A stretch of 64,000 bases of DNA from Chloroflexota bacterium (lineage in GTDB: Bacteria > Chloroflexota > UBA6077 > FW602-bin22), in assembly GCA_004297775.1 (NCBI GenBank), contig SCUE01000028.1, positions 64,704 to 128,703 on the forward strand, written 5' to 3'. A program made the translations under genes and the position numbers. Below the pieces are notes generated by a model. It was not told the origin of the DNA, searched no databases, and saw only the letters and a list, made by a program, of their open reading frames with translations. Of the stretch, positions 45,926 to 53,474 are shown one piece after another; position 1 is the stretch's first letter; each line of letters begins with the position of its first letter.

Positions 45926-46915
45926 TCACCCATCGCTGAGCAAGTCCAGCACACGCGCGAAGGTGTCCTCAGCGTCGTCCGGGCCCTCGGACTCAGAGGC
46001 GATGAGCTGCAAAGCCCGACGCACCTCGTTTTCAACGGTACTCTTGGAGCAGTCCAGCCGCTCCGCCACGGTCGTGTACGTGGCGCCGGGTCGGGCGTAC
46101 TCCAAGAGGGCCCGCTGCTGCCGGGGCGTCAGGTTTCGCACGATTGCGCTCGCACTTTCGTTTGTCACGACGCCCGCCTCCGGGGTCCGACCACCCGGCA
46201 GGGTCTCGGCGACGGTCGGTGCGTACCCATCCTGTTCTGGCCCGGTCGGCTCATCAAGTCCAACCATCGTTGCGTCGAACAGGTCGAAGCGCCACCGGAA
46301 CACGACGGCCATTTGCCCGAGGCTAAGCAGGCCGCCGACCTCGCGGAATAGGGCGTCAATGAACTCCGACAGCTCGCGATCGAGGACCACGGGCGACAGC
46401 TTCCGGGCATCGTCGCGGTACCTGATCGCGGTGAACCCGGCCGGCCGCAGCCCAGCCGCCACCAGCTCGGTCTCCGGGCCTTGAAACGGCCGGGGATCCT
46501 TCCACTCCGTCAGGCCCCAGAGCCGCGTGGCCTTGCTGCCGGCCGCGAACACCCTGAAGTGTGCCTCGGACTCGAGGCGGGTGTTCGCGCGGTTGAACAG
46601 ATTGTCCAGAGCCGTCCGCTTCTTTCGGCCGACCAGAAAGTCGGTGAACGACAACTCGAGGCCGCGCCGCAAGCCGCGCCGGCTGGTGTTCGCGACCAGC
46701 AGTTGTTCAAGTTGGCCATACCGGAGAAGCTTGTCGGTCGTCCAATCGTGCGCTAGCGCCGAAAGCGCGTCGGCATCCCAACGTCCCGTTGGCGAGTAAC
46801 TCGGAGGGTAGCGCCGCCCCATCACGACCGCCCTCACAGTACTCACGATCTCACCGTAGAGCCTTGAGCCGACGCCGGCGTGGGCGTACTCGGCGACGAG
46901 CTCGTCAAGCAACAC
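45926..46915 (-). CDS. protein with C-terminal sigma-70 region-4 / LuxR-type HTH and an unassigned 240-aa N-terminal region
   Basis: LTPRQQRALLEYARPGATYTTVAERLDCSKSTVENEVRRALQLI. GTG start shares one base with the upstream TAG (TAGTG). Confidence 0.6.
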   Translation of the reverse strand: MLLDELVAEYAHAGVGSRLYGEIVSTVRAVVMGRRYPPSYSPTGRWDADALSALAHDWTTDKLLRYGQLEQLLVANTSRRGLRRGLELSFTDFLVGRKKRTALDNLFNRANTRLESEAHFRVFAAGSKATRLWGLTEWKDPRPFQGPETELVAAGLRPAGFTAIRYRDDARKLSPVVLDRELSEFIDALFREVGGLLSLGQMAVVFRWRFDLFDATMVGLDEPTGPEQDGYAPTVAETLPGGRTPEAGVVTNESASAIVRNLTPRQQRALLEYARPGATYTTVAERLDCSKSTVENEVRRALQLIASESEGPDDAEDTFARVLDLLSDG

Positions 46916-47403
46916 TACCGGCCCTGCATCGAGCGTCGCGCACGCGCCACGACCTCTTGGTGAGCGCGGAGCAGATCGCTACGCCAAGACTCTGGTAGAC
47001 AGCCAACGTACCTGTATCCCTGCTGCACGAACCGGCTGGCGAAGAGGCGACGGCGGTTACCGAGGAGCACACTGCCGTCCCGATCCAGCTCCGGCAGGAC
47101 ACCGGCTGGAATGAAGAACTCGTTTGCCGGGTCCTCGCCGATCCGGCTTGAGGTGCGCGGAGCGGCCAGGACGCTGCCTCGGGCCGGATCGTAATTCTCG
47201 AGCAGCACCCACGGGTGAGCCGCGTCATGGCCGAATGCCGCCTCTGTATCAGGAACCCAGAACACGGCGCCCGGCACGAAGTGGGGGATAACGAAGCGAT
47301 TGACGTGCTCTGCCGGCGTGAGGGATGCGAACGCCTCAGCGAAACTCTTAAAGCCGCGACGAGGTTCACGGCCCGACTCCTTTCGAGGGTCGGATTCACC
47401 CAA
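46915..47403 (-). CDS. PemK/MazF-like (SH3-fold toxin-like) protein
   Basis: PGAVFWVPD...HPWVLLENYD...VLAAPRTSS...FIPAGVLPELDRDGSVLLGNRRRL follows the spacing of MazF/PemK motifs (G-x-V-W-V, RP-x-V-V-L, P-x-T-S, S-V-x-L). Start codon uncertain (TTG at 47403). Confidence 0.45.
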   Translation of the reverse strand: MGESDPRKESGREPRRGFKSFAEAFASLTPAEHVNRFVIPHFVPGAVFWVPDTEAAFGHDAAHPWVLLENYDPARGSVLAAPRTSSRIGEDPANEFFIPAGVLPELDRDGSVLLGNRRRLFASRFVQQGYRYVGCLPESWRSDLLRAHQEVVARARRSMQGR

Positions 47404-47530
47404 GCAGATCCTCTCACACGCGCCTCAGGCCGGAGTCCAGGTCGCCGGGCCGACTCTCGTCGGATCTCGACGGGTCAGCCGTAACAGCAAAACCGAGGAT
47501 CGCGGGCGATTTCCAACCCGCGGGGCGATT

Positions 47531-47797
47531 CTAGCGGTTGTTCACTCGCCGCCTCCCAGACGCCTTCGTGGTGCTCGGATCGGCGACCACGATGCCTGGA
47601 GCGCCCCCCGCCGCAGTCCGGACGGGACGCGCTGCTTGGGCTCCTGGCGGGTGAGTCGATCGAGCGGATCGATCAGGCGCCCCGCCCGCGGCGTACTGCG
47701 CCTCGTCGGCAGTCCGGATGTCGCCGAGCTCATGGACCGTGTAGCCGCGCGCGGGCTCCGATTCACCTTCGCCAAGGACGGCGGTCACGCGAAACAT
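47531..47797 (-). CDS. possible small hypothetical protein upstream of the locus
   Basis: MFRVTAVLGEGESEPARGYTVHELGDIRTADEAQYAAG... Only the first ~40 codons have high third-position GC. No family recognised. Confidence 0.2.
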   Translation of the reverse strand: MFRVTAVLGEGESEPARGYTVHELGDIRTADEAQYAAGGAPDRSARSTHPPGAQAARPVRTAAGGAPGIVVADPSTTKASGRRRVNNR

Positions 47798-47988
47798 GGT
47801 GAAGGGACTACTTTCTCGTGACAAGCGGCAAGCCGACAGTCGTCCCGAGTTCTTCGTGGTACTGAGCCCTTAGGCAACCAACGGCTGCTCTGCTGGGCCA
47901 CGCCCTCCTTCGTGGGTCCGTTCCTGTCTGCAGACCGAACGGGAGGCAGGCTCTCGAACCTGGGTGTCGTCCCAGGCCCACGCACGCG

Positions 47989-48008
47989 TTGTCCCAACAT
48001 TGTCCCAA
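47989..48008. repeat. direct repeat TTGTCCCAA x2 with 11-bp period
   Basis: TTGTCCCAA at 47989-47997 and 48000-48008, about 60 nt from the 3' end of tRNA-Arg(GCG). Confidence 0.7.
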
Positions 48009-48068
48009 GACGCCTGGAATCCCGCCTCCGGACCGAGTCCGTGGCGGGATTCTGAGTTCAAAATCGGG

Positions 48069-48142
48069 TACGCCCGGCAGGACTCGAACCTGCGGCCTTT
48101 GGGTCCGCAACCCAACGCTCTAATCCACTGAGCTACGGGCGC
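48069..48142 (-). tRNA. tRNA-Arg (anticodon GCG), CCA not encoded
   Basis: Reverse complement GCGCCCGTAGCTCAGTGGATTAGAGCGTTGGGTTGCGGACCCAAAGGCCGCAGGTTCGAGTCCTGCCGGGCGTA. Anticodon loop TTGCGGA. Same acceptor stem and T-arm as the tRNA at 36559. Confidence 0.9.
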
Positions 48143-48271
48143 ATGGCGTCGCTCGTCGAGCAACTGCGCCTAGCGATTATATGACCTCGTCAGCGTGTCA
48201 GCAAAAGGCGCCGCGCCGAACTGGAAACTCGCTGGCGGCGCCGCGATCCGCGTGCGTGGTAGCCTCGACTG

Positions 48272-49060
48272 ATGTCGGCGATCACAGGAAATTCGCGCGA
48301 CGTTGACGCGTCCAACGCGTGGAACGGGGCATCGGCGGCCTGGCCGGTTGTGTCGCGCCACTGCGCCCATCAGGTCGTCGCCGCGATCACCATCGCCGTT
48401 CTGGCACTCACGCTCTCGTGCGAGGCGCCTCCGCCGCCGATCGAGCCAGCCGCGCCGATCGCCACCATTCGCGCGGCCGTTGAGCCGCCCAGGGCCGTCC
48501 TTGCACCCGGACCGCCAACTCCAACGAGCCAATCGACCGCGGATGCGCCGCGCGCGACTGTCGCGACCGCTCCGGCCACTCCCACGATGCAGCCAGCCGC
48601 CGAGCAACGCTCGGCCACGCTAACGCCCGTTCGCGGCGCCAGCGTTCCACCCGGCGCCGCCGCCCCGAGCCCCATCGCGACGCTGGTGATGCCAGCCGGC
48701 ATCGTCCAACTCCGTGCCGCCAACGGAACCACCCGCGACGTGCGCGTCGAGATCGCGTCCGACGACGCGACGCGGGCGCGCGGCCTGATGTTCCGCGAAT
48801 CGATGCCCGAGGACGCGGGCATGCTGTTCGTCTTCGCGGCCGACATCGACGCCGGATTCTGGATGCAGAACACGCTCATCCCGCTCTCAATCGCGTTCAT
48901 CGACGCCAACGGCGTCATCGTTGGGCTCGACGACATGCAGCCGCGAACGACCGACATCCATCGACCCAACCGGCCGTACCGCTTCGCCCTGGAAGTCAAC
49001 CAGGGCTACTTCGCGCGCCACGGCATTCGGGTCGGCGACCGGGCCACGATCCCGAGTTAG
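48272..49060 (+). CDS. DUF192-family protein with N-terminal membrane/lipoprotein anchor and Pro/Ala-rich linker
   Basis: VVAAITIAVLALTLSC anchor. C-terminal core RARGLMFRESMPEDAGMLFVF...FWMQNTLIPLSIAFID...ALEVNQGYF. Confidence 0.75.
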   Translation: MSAITGNSRDVDASNAWNGASAAWPVVSRHCAHQVVAAITIAVLALTLSCEAPPPPIEPAAPIATIRAAVEPPRAVLAPGPPTPTSQSTADAPRATVATAPATPTMQPAAEQRSATLTPVRGASVPPGAAAPSPIATLVMPAGIVQLRAANGTTRDVRVEIASDDATRARGLMFRESMPEDAGMLFVFAADIDAGFWMQNTLIPLSIAFIDANGVIVGLDDMQPRTTDIHRPNRPYRFALEVNQGYFARHGIRVGDRATIPS

Positions 49061-49152
49061 CGCCGCTCTTTCGGCGCCGTTCGGGACTCACATGAATGAG
49101 ATCGCCTGGCGCAACCACGCGCTTGGGGTCAGCCTATTACCTCGAAGGAACC

Positions 49153-49244
49153 TGGCGGGGGGAACGGGATTCGAACCCGTGACGGAGGCAACCCCCCGTA
49201 ACCGCTTAGCAGGCGGCCGCACTAGACCACTATGCGATCCCCCC
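49153..49244 (-). tRNA. tRNA-Ser (anticodon GCT), long variable arm, CCA encoded
   Basis: Reverse complement GGGGGGATCGCATAGTGGTCTAGTGCGGCCGCCTGCTAAGCGGTTACGGGGGGTTGCCTCCGTCACGGGTTCGAATCCCGTTCCCCCCGCCA. Anticodon loop CTGCTAA. Confidence 0.9.
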
Positions 49245-49381
49245 AAGGGACCGACAGCCAGTATAGCCCGTAGCGCCGCGCCTGGACGCGTTTGAATCGG
49301 CGATCAGCGACGATCGTCCCTGAAACCAGGGCCAATCCGCGAACTGGCGCCGCGCCGCCGAGGACTCGTTGGCGGCCGCGT

Positions 49382-50056
49382 CTACCGCGAGCCGAAGTGC
49401 AACTCGGCGATTCGTCGCGTCCCGGCGATCGGCCGACGCCGATCGACCGTCACGACCGTCGCGCTCACCATCGGGATCTCGCCGATCGGCCGCTCGCGAA
49501 ACCATTCCAGCGCCTGCGCGAGCGATCGCGCCTGACCCGGCGCAACGATCCGCGCGATCGGAAACGTCGGCACCGATGGCGTCGCCTCCTCGCCGAGACC
49601 GAGCTCTTCACGCAGCGCGTGACTCAACTCGAGCAAGCGATGCGAAGGCGCCACCTCGGCGAACACGACGTCGCGCCAGACGTTCAGTTGCCCCACGTGG
49701 ACCGAGAACGGCGCGTGCCGCCGTAGCGCGCCCCTCAGGCGCTCGGCAAGTGCGCGGAGACCGGCCGGCCCAACTTCATCATCGCGCGGCTCGCGTGACG
49801 CGACCGGCATCAGATCCAGCACCGGCACGTGTAGACCGTGATCGGGAATCGGGTGAACGAACCTCAGCCCGGCCAGTGCCGAGCGAATCCGGTCCAGCCG
49901 GCGAAAGAGCGAGGCGTCGTTCACGCGCACGATCAGGGCGGCATGACGATGTCGCCCCTGGGTCGGCCGAATCGTCGGATCGACCGATTCGGTCTCGAGA
50001 AAGCGGCGCCAGATTTCGGCGTATGGCGGGTGCCCGGCCGCGGCGGATGTCACCAT
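49382..50056 (-). CDS. hypothetical protein, weak 2H-phosphoesterase (LigT-like) resemblance
   Basis: 224 aa from ATG 50056. GLHVPVLDL and a second degenerate motif TFPIARIV. The functional call is weak. Confidence 0.35.
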   Translation of the reverse strand: MVTSAAAGHPPYAEIWRRFLETESVDPTIRPTQGRHRHAALIVRVNDASLFRRLDRIRSALAGLRFVHPIPDHGLHVPVLDLMPVASREPRDDEVGPAGLRALAERLRGALRRHAPFSVHVGQLNVWRDVVFAEVAPSHRLLELSHALREELGLGEEATPSVPTFPIARIVAPGQARSLAQALEWFRERPIGEIPMVSATVVTVDRRRPIAGTRRIAELHFGSR

Positions 50057-50994
50057 CGGATAATAGGCGCGTGATCGCTCCTCTGAAAGATTGGCTCGCC
50101 TGTCCCCGGTGCGGCGGCGGCTTCGAGGATGCCTCCACCGCCGCCATTTGCGCCGCCTGCGATGTCGCATTCCCGCGCGTGGGCGACATCCTCGATCTGG
50201 TCGATCCCACCGTCCGCGTCTCGTCGGAGGGGCCGGGCGATACCGCCGTCATGGCGTGGCGGCGTCGGCGCGGCGACGAACTGCGCGGACCAGACGCGCC
50301 CGAGAACGCGGCTTTGATCGAATCGCTCGCGGCGGTCATCGGGCGTGGCGCGCGCGTCCTCGATCTCGGCTGCGGTCCGGGTAGTCTGCTCGGATGGCTG
50401 GCCGACCGCCAACCCAAAGCCCGCTACCTGGGCATCGATCTCTCGATGCCAGCGTTGGAGGAAGCGACGCGCGCCCACCAGGGGGCGAACATCGCGTTCG
50501 TCCGCGCCAGCTCACGACGCCGGCTGCCGATTGGCGATGCGACGTGCGACGTGATCATCCGGCGCCTGGCGCCGGCCCTCCTGGAGGAGGTCATCCGCGT
50601 CCTGGCGCCGGGCGGCGTCTACGCGCGCTTCACTTTTGGCGCGAACCATTGGCGCGAGATCTACGATCGGGCGCCGGCGCTGCCGCGCGCACGCGAGGAG
50701 ACGCTCGCGATCGAGGCGGACCGACTGCGGGAGCTTGGCATACTCGTCGACGCGCCGATCGTCGTAACCGGCAGCGAGACGATCACGCGTCCGGTCGCGA
50801 TGCTGGGCATCCGCTCGAATCCGGCCGCGTTCCACATTCACCGCGTCAATCTGAAGGACATCGCCGATCTTTGGCGCGATGAATCCGGTGAACGGCGCCT
50901 ACGTGCGCCGATCACGACCGAGTATCAGATTCTGATCGCGCGCAAAGCGCCAGCCACGATTCAGCCGGAGGGAAACGGCTCCGGCGCAGCCTGA
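50047..50994 (+). CDS. class I SAM-dependent methyltransferase with N-terminal Trm112-like zinc ribbon
   Basis: LACPRCGGGFED...ICAACDVAFP, then VLDLGCGPGSLLGWLA SAM motif I. The 5' 680 nt of track ORF 49369..50994 is an antisense shadow. GTG 50071 is an alternative start. Confidence 0.75.
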   Translation: MSPSDNRRVIAPLKDWLACPRCGGGFEDASTAAICAACDVAFPRVGDILDLVDPTVRVSSEGPGDTAVMAWRRRRGDELRGPDAPENAALIESLAAVIGRGARVLDLGCGPGSLLGWLADRQPKARYLGIDLSMPALEEATRAHQGANIAFVRASSRRRLPIGDATCDVIIRRLAPALLEEVIRVLAPGGVYARFTFGANHWREIYDRAPALPRAREETLAIEADRLRELGILVDAPIVVTGSETITRPVAMLGIRSNPAAFHIHRVNLKDIADLWRDESGERRLRAPITTEYQILIARKAPATIQPEGNGSGAA

Positions 50995-51848
50995 TCGGCG
51001 CGACGAATCTGGTAGTTGAATTTCGACTGGAACGCCGCGAACCAGTCGAACGAGCGGAATGACACGTGGCGAAACTCGACCGGCCCTTTGCGCACCGACA
51101 CGGTGTCGCCGGGCTCGATCGTGCGCTGCTGATCGCTCTCACCGTCGATGATGAGATTGGCCGGGTGGCGACCGTCGAGTCGAATCCCGATCTCGACATC
51201 CTCCGGCACCACGAGCGACACGCGAATCGGCGAGTGGCAACTGATCGGCACGATCGCCAGGCCGCCAACACCCGAAAGCAGAACCGGACCGCCGGCGGCC
51301 ATACAGTAGGCCGTCGAGCCGGCCGGCGTCGAGATCACCATGCCATCGCCGGGATAGTCGTTGACGTACTGCCGATCGATGAAGAGCGACGGCTGAATGA
51401 ATCGCAGCCCACCGTGCACGACCACGTCGTTGACAGCCCAGCCGAGGTCCTCGTCGCGACCGCTCTCGCGCCGGTGCAGGCGTGTCACGAGCGTGGGCCC
51501 GACGCGCACGTGGAAATCCCCGGCAATGACGCGGGCCAGCGACTGCTCCCACTCCTCCGCCTCGGCCGCGGTCAGAAAGCCGAAATGGCCGAAATTGATG
51601 CCAAGAACCGGCACGTCGGGATATCGGCGGGCCGCGCGCATCATCAGGCCATCGCCGCCGAGCGACAGGACCAGACCGATGTCTGCTTCAAACGCGCCAT
51701 CGGTAACGACCGCGATGCCCCGAGCCGCGAGCCACTTCGTCAGAATCGGACCCAGGCGTTCGGCATCGGCACTATGCCGGTTCGCCAGGAGGACGACGCG
51801 CTTCGTACCGTTCCGCAGCCCGCTGGCCAATTCGGACACCGAGGACAT
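50961..51848 (-). CDS. nadK: NAD kinase
   Basis: GGDGLMMRAAR, NFGHFGFL, STPAGSTAYCMAAGGP. Start at MSSVSEL (51848). Confidence 0.9.
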   Translation of the reverse strand: MSSVSELASGLRNGTKRVVLLANRHSADAERLGPILTKWLAARGIAVVTDGAFEADIGLVLSLGGDGLMMRAARRYPDVPVLGINFGHFGFLTAAEAEEWEQSLARVIAGDFHVRVGPTLVTRLHRRESGRDEDLGWAVNDVVVHGGLRFIQPSLFIDRQYVNDYPGDGMVISTPAGSTAYCMAAGGPVLLSGVGGLAIVPISCHSPIRVSLVVPEDVEIGIRLDGRHPANLIIDGESDQQRTIEPGDTVSVRKGPVEFRHVSFRSFDWFAAFQSKFNYQIRRADQAAPEPFPSG

Positions 51849-52189
51849 CGCGGCGCCTGTCTCGGTCACTCCTGCTCCCTCGCGGCGCACTGAGTCTAAC
51901 TCAGGACAACTGGCAGCCACGCATAGAATTGAATCGTGGATCTCGCGAAACTCGCCGCCTGGCGCTCCGCGCTCGAACGTGAGGCGGCGCGCATGGTCGC
52001 ATCCGGCGTCCTCGACACCGACGCCGACGCGCCGCGGCGCCTTCGCTGGCTGGAGTTTCAGATGGACCTGATCGACGAGCGCATTCAGGAGACCGTCGGC
52101 TCCTCCGAATAGCGCTCACGCCGACTTAAGGGACCGTTGCGCCTCTCTTACCTGTCGATGACAGCTCGCCGCGTACCTTCCCGTTCGCA

Positions 52190-52447
52190 ATGGCACTACG
52201 TGGACTCATCGGCTCCGTCATCGAAATCGTGCACCTCCGGCAGGCCGGCGTGCCGCGCGCGTCGGTCGAAGATCACCTCGTCAACGACGCTCGTCTCTCG
52301 CGCTCAGAAGCCCGCCGGCTCGTCAGCCACGTCGAGGCGCACCTGCGGACCGTCCATCGTCGGATGGGCCTTCCGCTCGCTCTCTCGGCCGAGGCGCTGG
52401 CGCTCCACTGCATCGAGATCGCGCCGAAGCAGCCGGCCAAGAATTGA
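52190..52447 (+). CDS. hypothetical 85-aa protein
   Basis: ORF only; no motif recognised. Confidence 0.3.
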   Translation: MALRGLIGSVIEIVHLRQAGVPRASVEDHLVNDARLSRSEARRLVSHVEAHLRTVHRRMGLPLALSAEALALHCIEIAPKQPAKN

Positions 52448-52451
52448 ACGA

Positions 52452-53474
52452 CTACCTGGCGAAGGCAGCGTTGGCGAATCGTCGACGCAAGCCGACGATG
52501 CCAGTCTCGCGGTGGCGCGTCGGATGGACGCGATTGGTCAGCAGGACCGCGAATGCGTCCCGTTCGAGATCGATCCAGAGTCCGGTGCCGGTAAACCCCG
52601 TGTGCCCGATCGAGCGATCCGAACACAGATCGCCGCCGCTCCAGCCAGGCGACGCGAGCGCCCACCCGAATCCGCGGCGCTCTCCCGAAGCGCCCTGCCG
52701 CGGTCGACGCGAAACAAACTGCAATGCATTGTGAGTGAGTAGTCGTTCGTTAAGAATCGCGTGGCAGAATCCCGCGACGCCAGCGATCGTGCCGAACAGA
52801 CCGGCGTGACCGGACACGCCATCCATCACCGACGCGTTCTCATCGTGCGCTTCGCCGCGAAGCAGTCGGCTGCGCCACGGGCACTTCTCGGTCGGCGCGC
52901 ATGGCTCGCCAACATGACCGAAACGCAGGTCGGCCGCGAAGGCTTCGTCGGCAATCTCACGCGCAAAGAGCGCGTCCAGACGCTCGCCGTTCACGCGTTC
53001 GAGAAGGTGTCCCAGCGTGATGAAACCAAGGTCGCTATAGACGACCGTGCCCGGCGCGTGTTCGAGCGGTGACTGAAGCACCTGCGCGATCAGTGCCTCG
53101 CGCGTCAACCCCTGCGTGTAGAACGGTCGCCAGGCTGGCAGGCCGGTCGCGTGGTGCGCGCAGTCGCTCACGGTCGCATCGCCCAGCCTCGGCGCCGCCT
53201 GCAACCACGACGCCTCAGGTAGGTACGCCGACAGCGACGCCGATGGATCGATCGTCCCGCGCATGATGTCGCGCAACAGGAGAGTCGTCGTCGCGATGAC
53301 CTTTGTCAGCGACGCGAGGTCGTACCAGGTGTCGGGAGTGACCGGCGCGTCGTCCGGCGCGACAGCGCCCAGGCACGCGATCGACACATCGCGCGCGTCA
53401 CCGATTGCGATCGCCGCGCCGGGAATGTCACCGCGATCGACGGCGGCCTGAACGAGCGCGCAAGCGTCCGACAT
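52452..53474 (-). CDS. serine hydrolase of the beta-lactamase/esterase (class C-like) family
   Basis: S-x-x-K nucleophile motif DLASLTKVIATT and C-terminal HTGFTG. ATG at 53474. Confidence 0.8.
   Translation of the reverse strand: MSDACALVQAAVDRGDIPGAAIAIGDARDVSIACLGAVAPDDAPVTPDTWYDLASLTKVIATTTLLLRDIMRGTIDPSASLSAYLPEASWLQAAPRLGDATVSDCAHHATGLPAWRPFYTQGLTREALIAQVLQSPLEHAPGTVVYSDLGFITLGHLLERVNGERLDALFAREIADEAFAADLRFGHVGEPCAPTEKCPWRSRLLRGEAHDENASVMDGVSGHAGLFGTIAGVAGFCHAILNERLLTHNALQFVSRRPRQGASGERRGFGWALASPGWSGGDLCSDRSIGHTGFTGTGLWIDLERDAFAVLLTNRVHPTRHRETGIVGLRRRFANAAFAR

Noticed and set aside
36634-48068. Search for an integrase, recombinase or excisionase that would make the tRNA-bracketed segment an intact integrative element.
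   Set aside because: None of the ORFs shows tyrosine or serine recombinase motifs. The only mobility gene is the ISL3 transposase, so the segment is best described as a decayed island.
47808-48163. ORFs 47808..48110- and 47870..48163- next to the Ubl locus.
   Set aside because: They read straight through the tRNA-Arg(GCG) gene (translation ...AQWIRALGCGPKGRRFESCRAY is a tRNA artefact), so they are not protein-coding.
51936-52112. 58-codon GTG-initiated ORF (VDLAKLAAWRSALEREAARM...) upstream of 52190.
   Set aside because: ORF evidence only, with no motif or coupling signal. It could equally be a non-coding leader.
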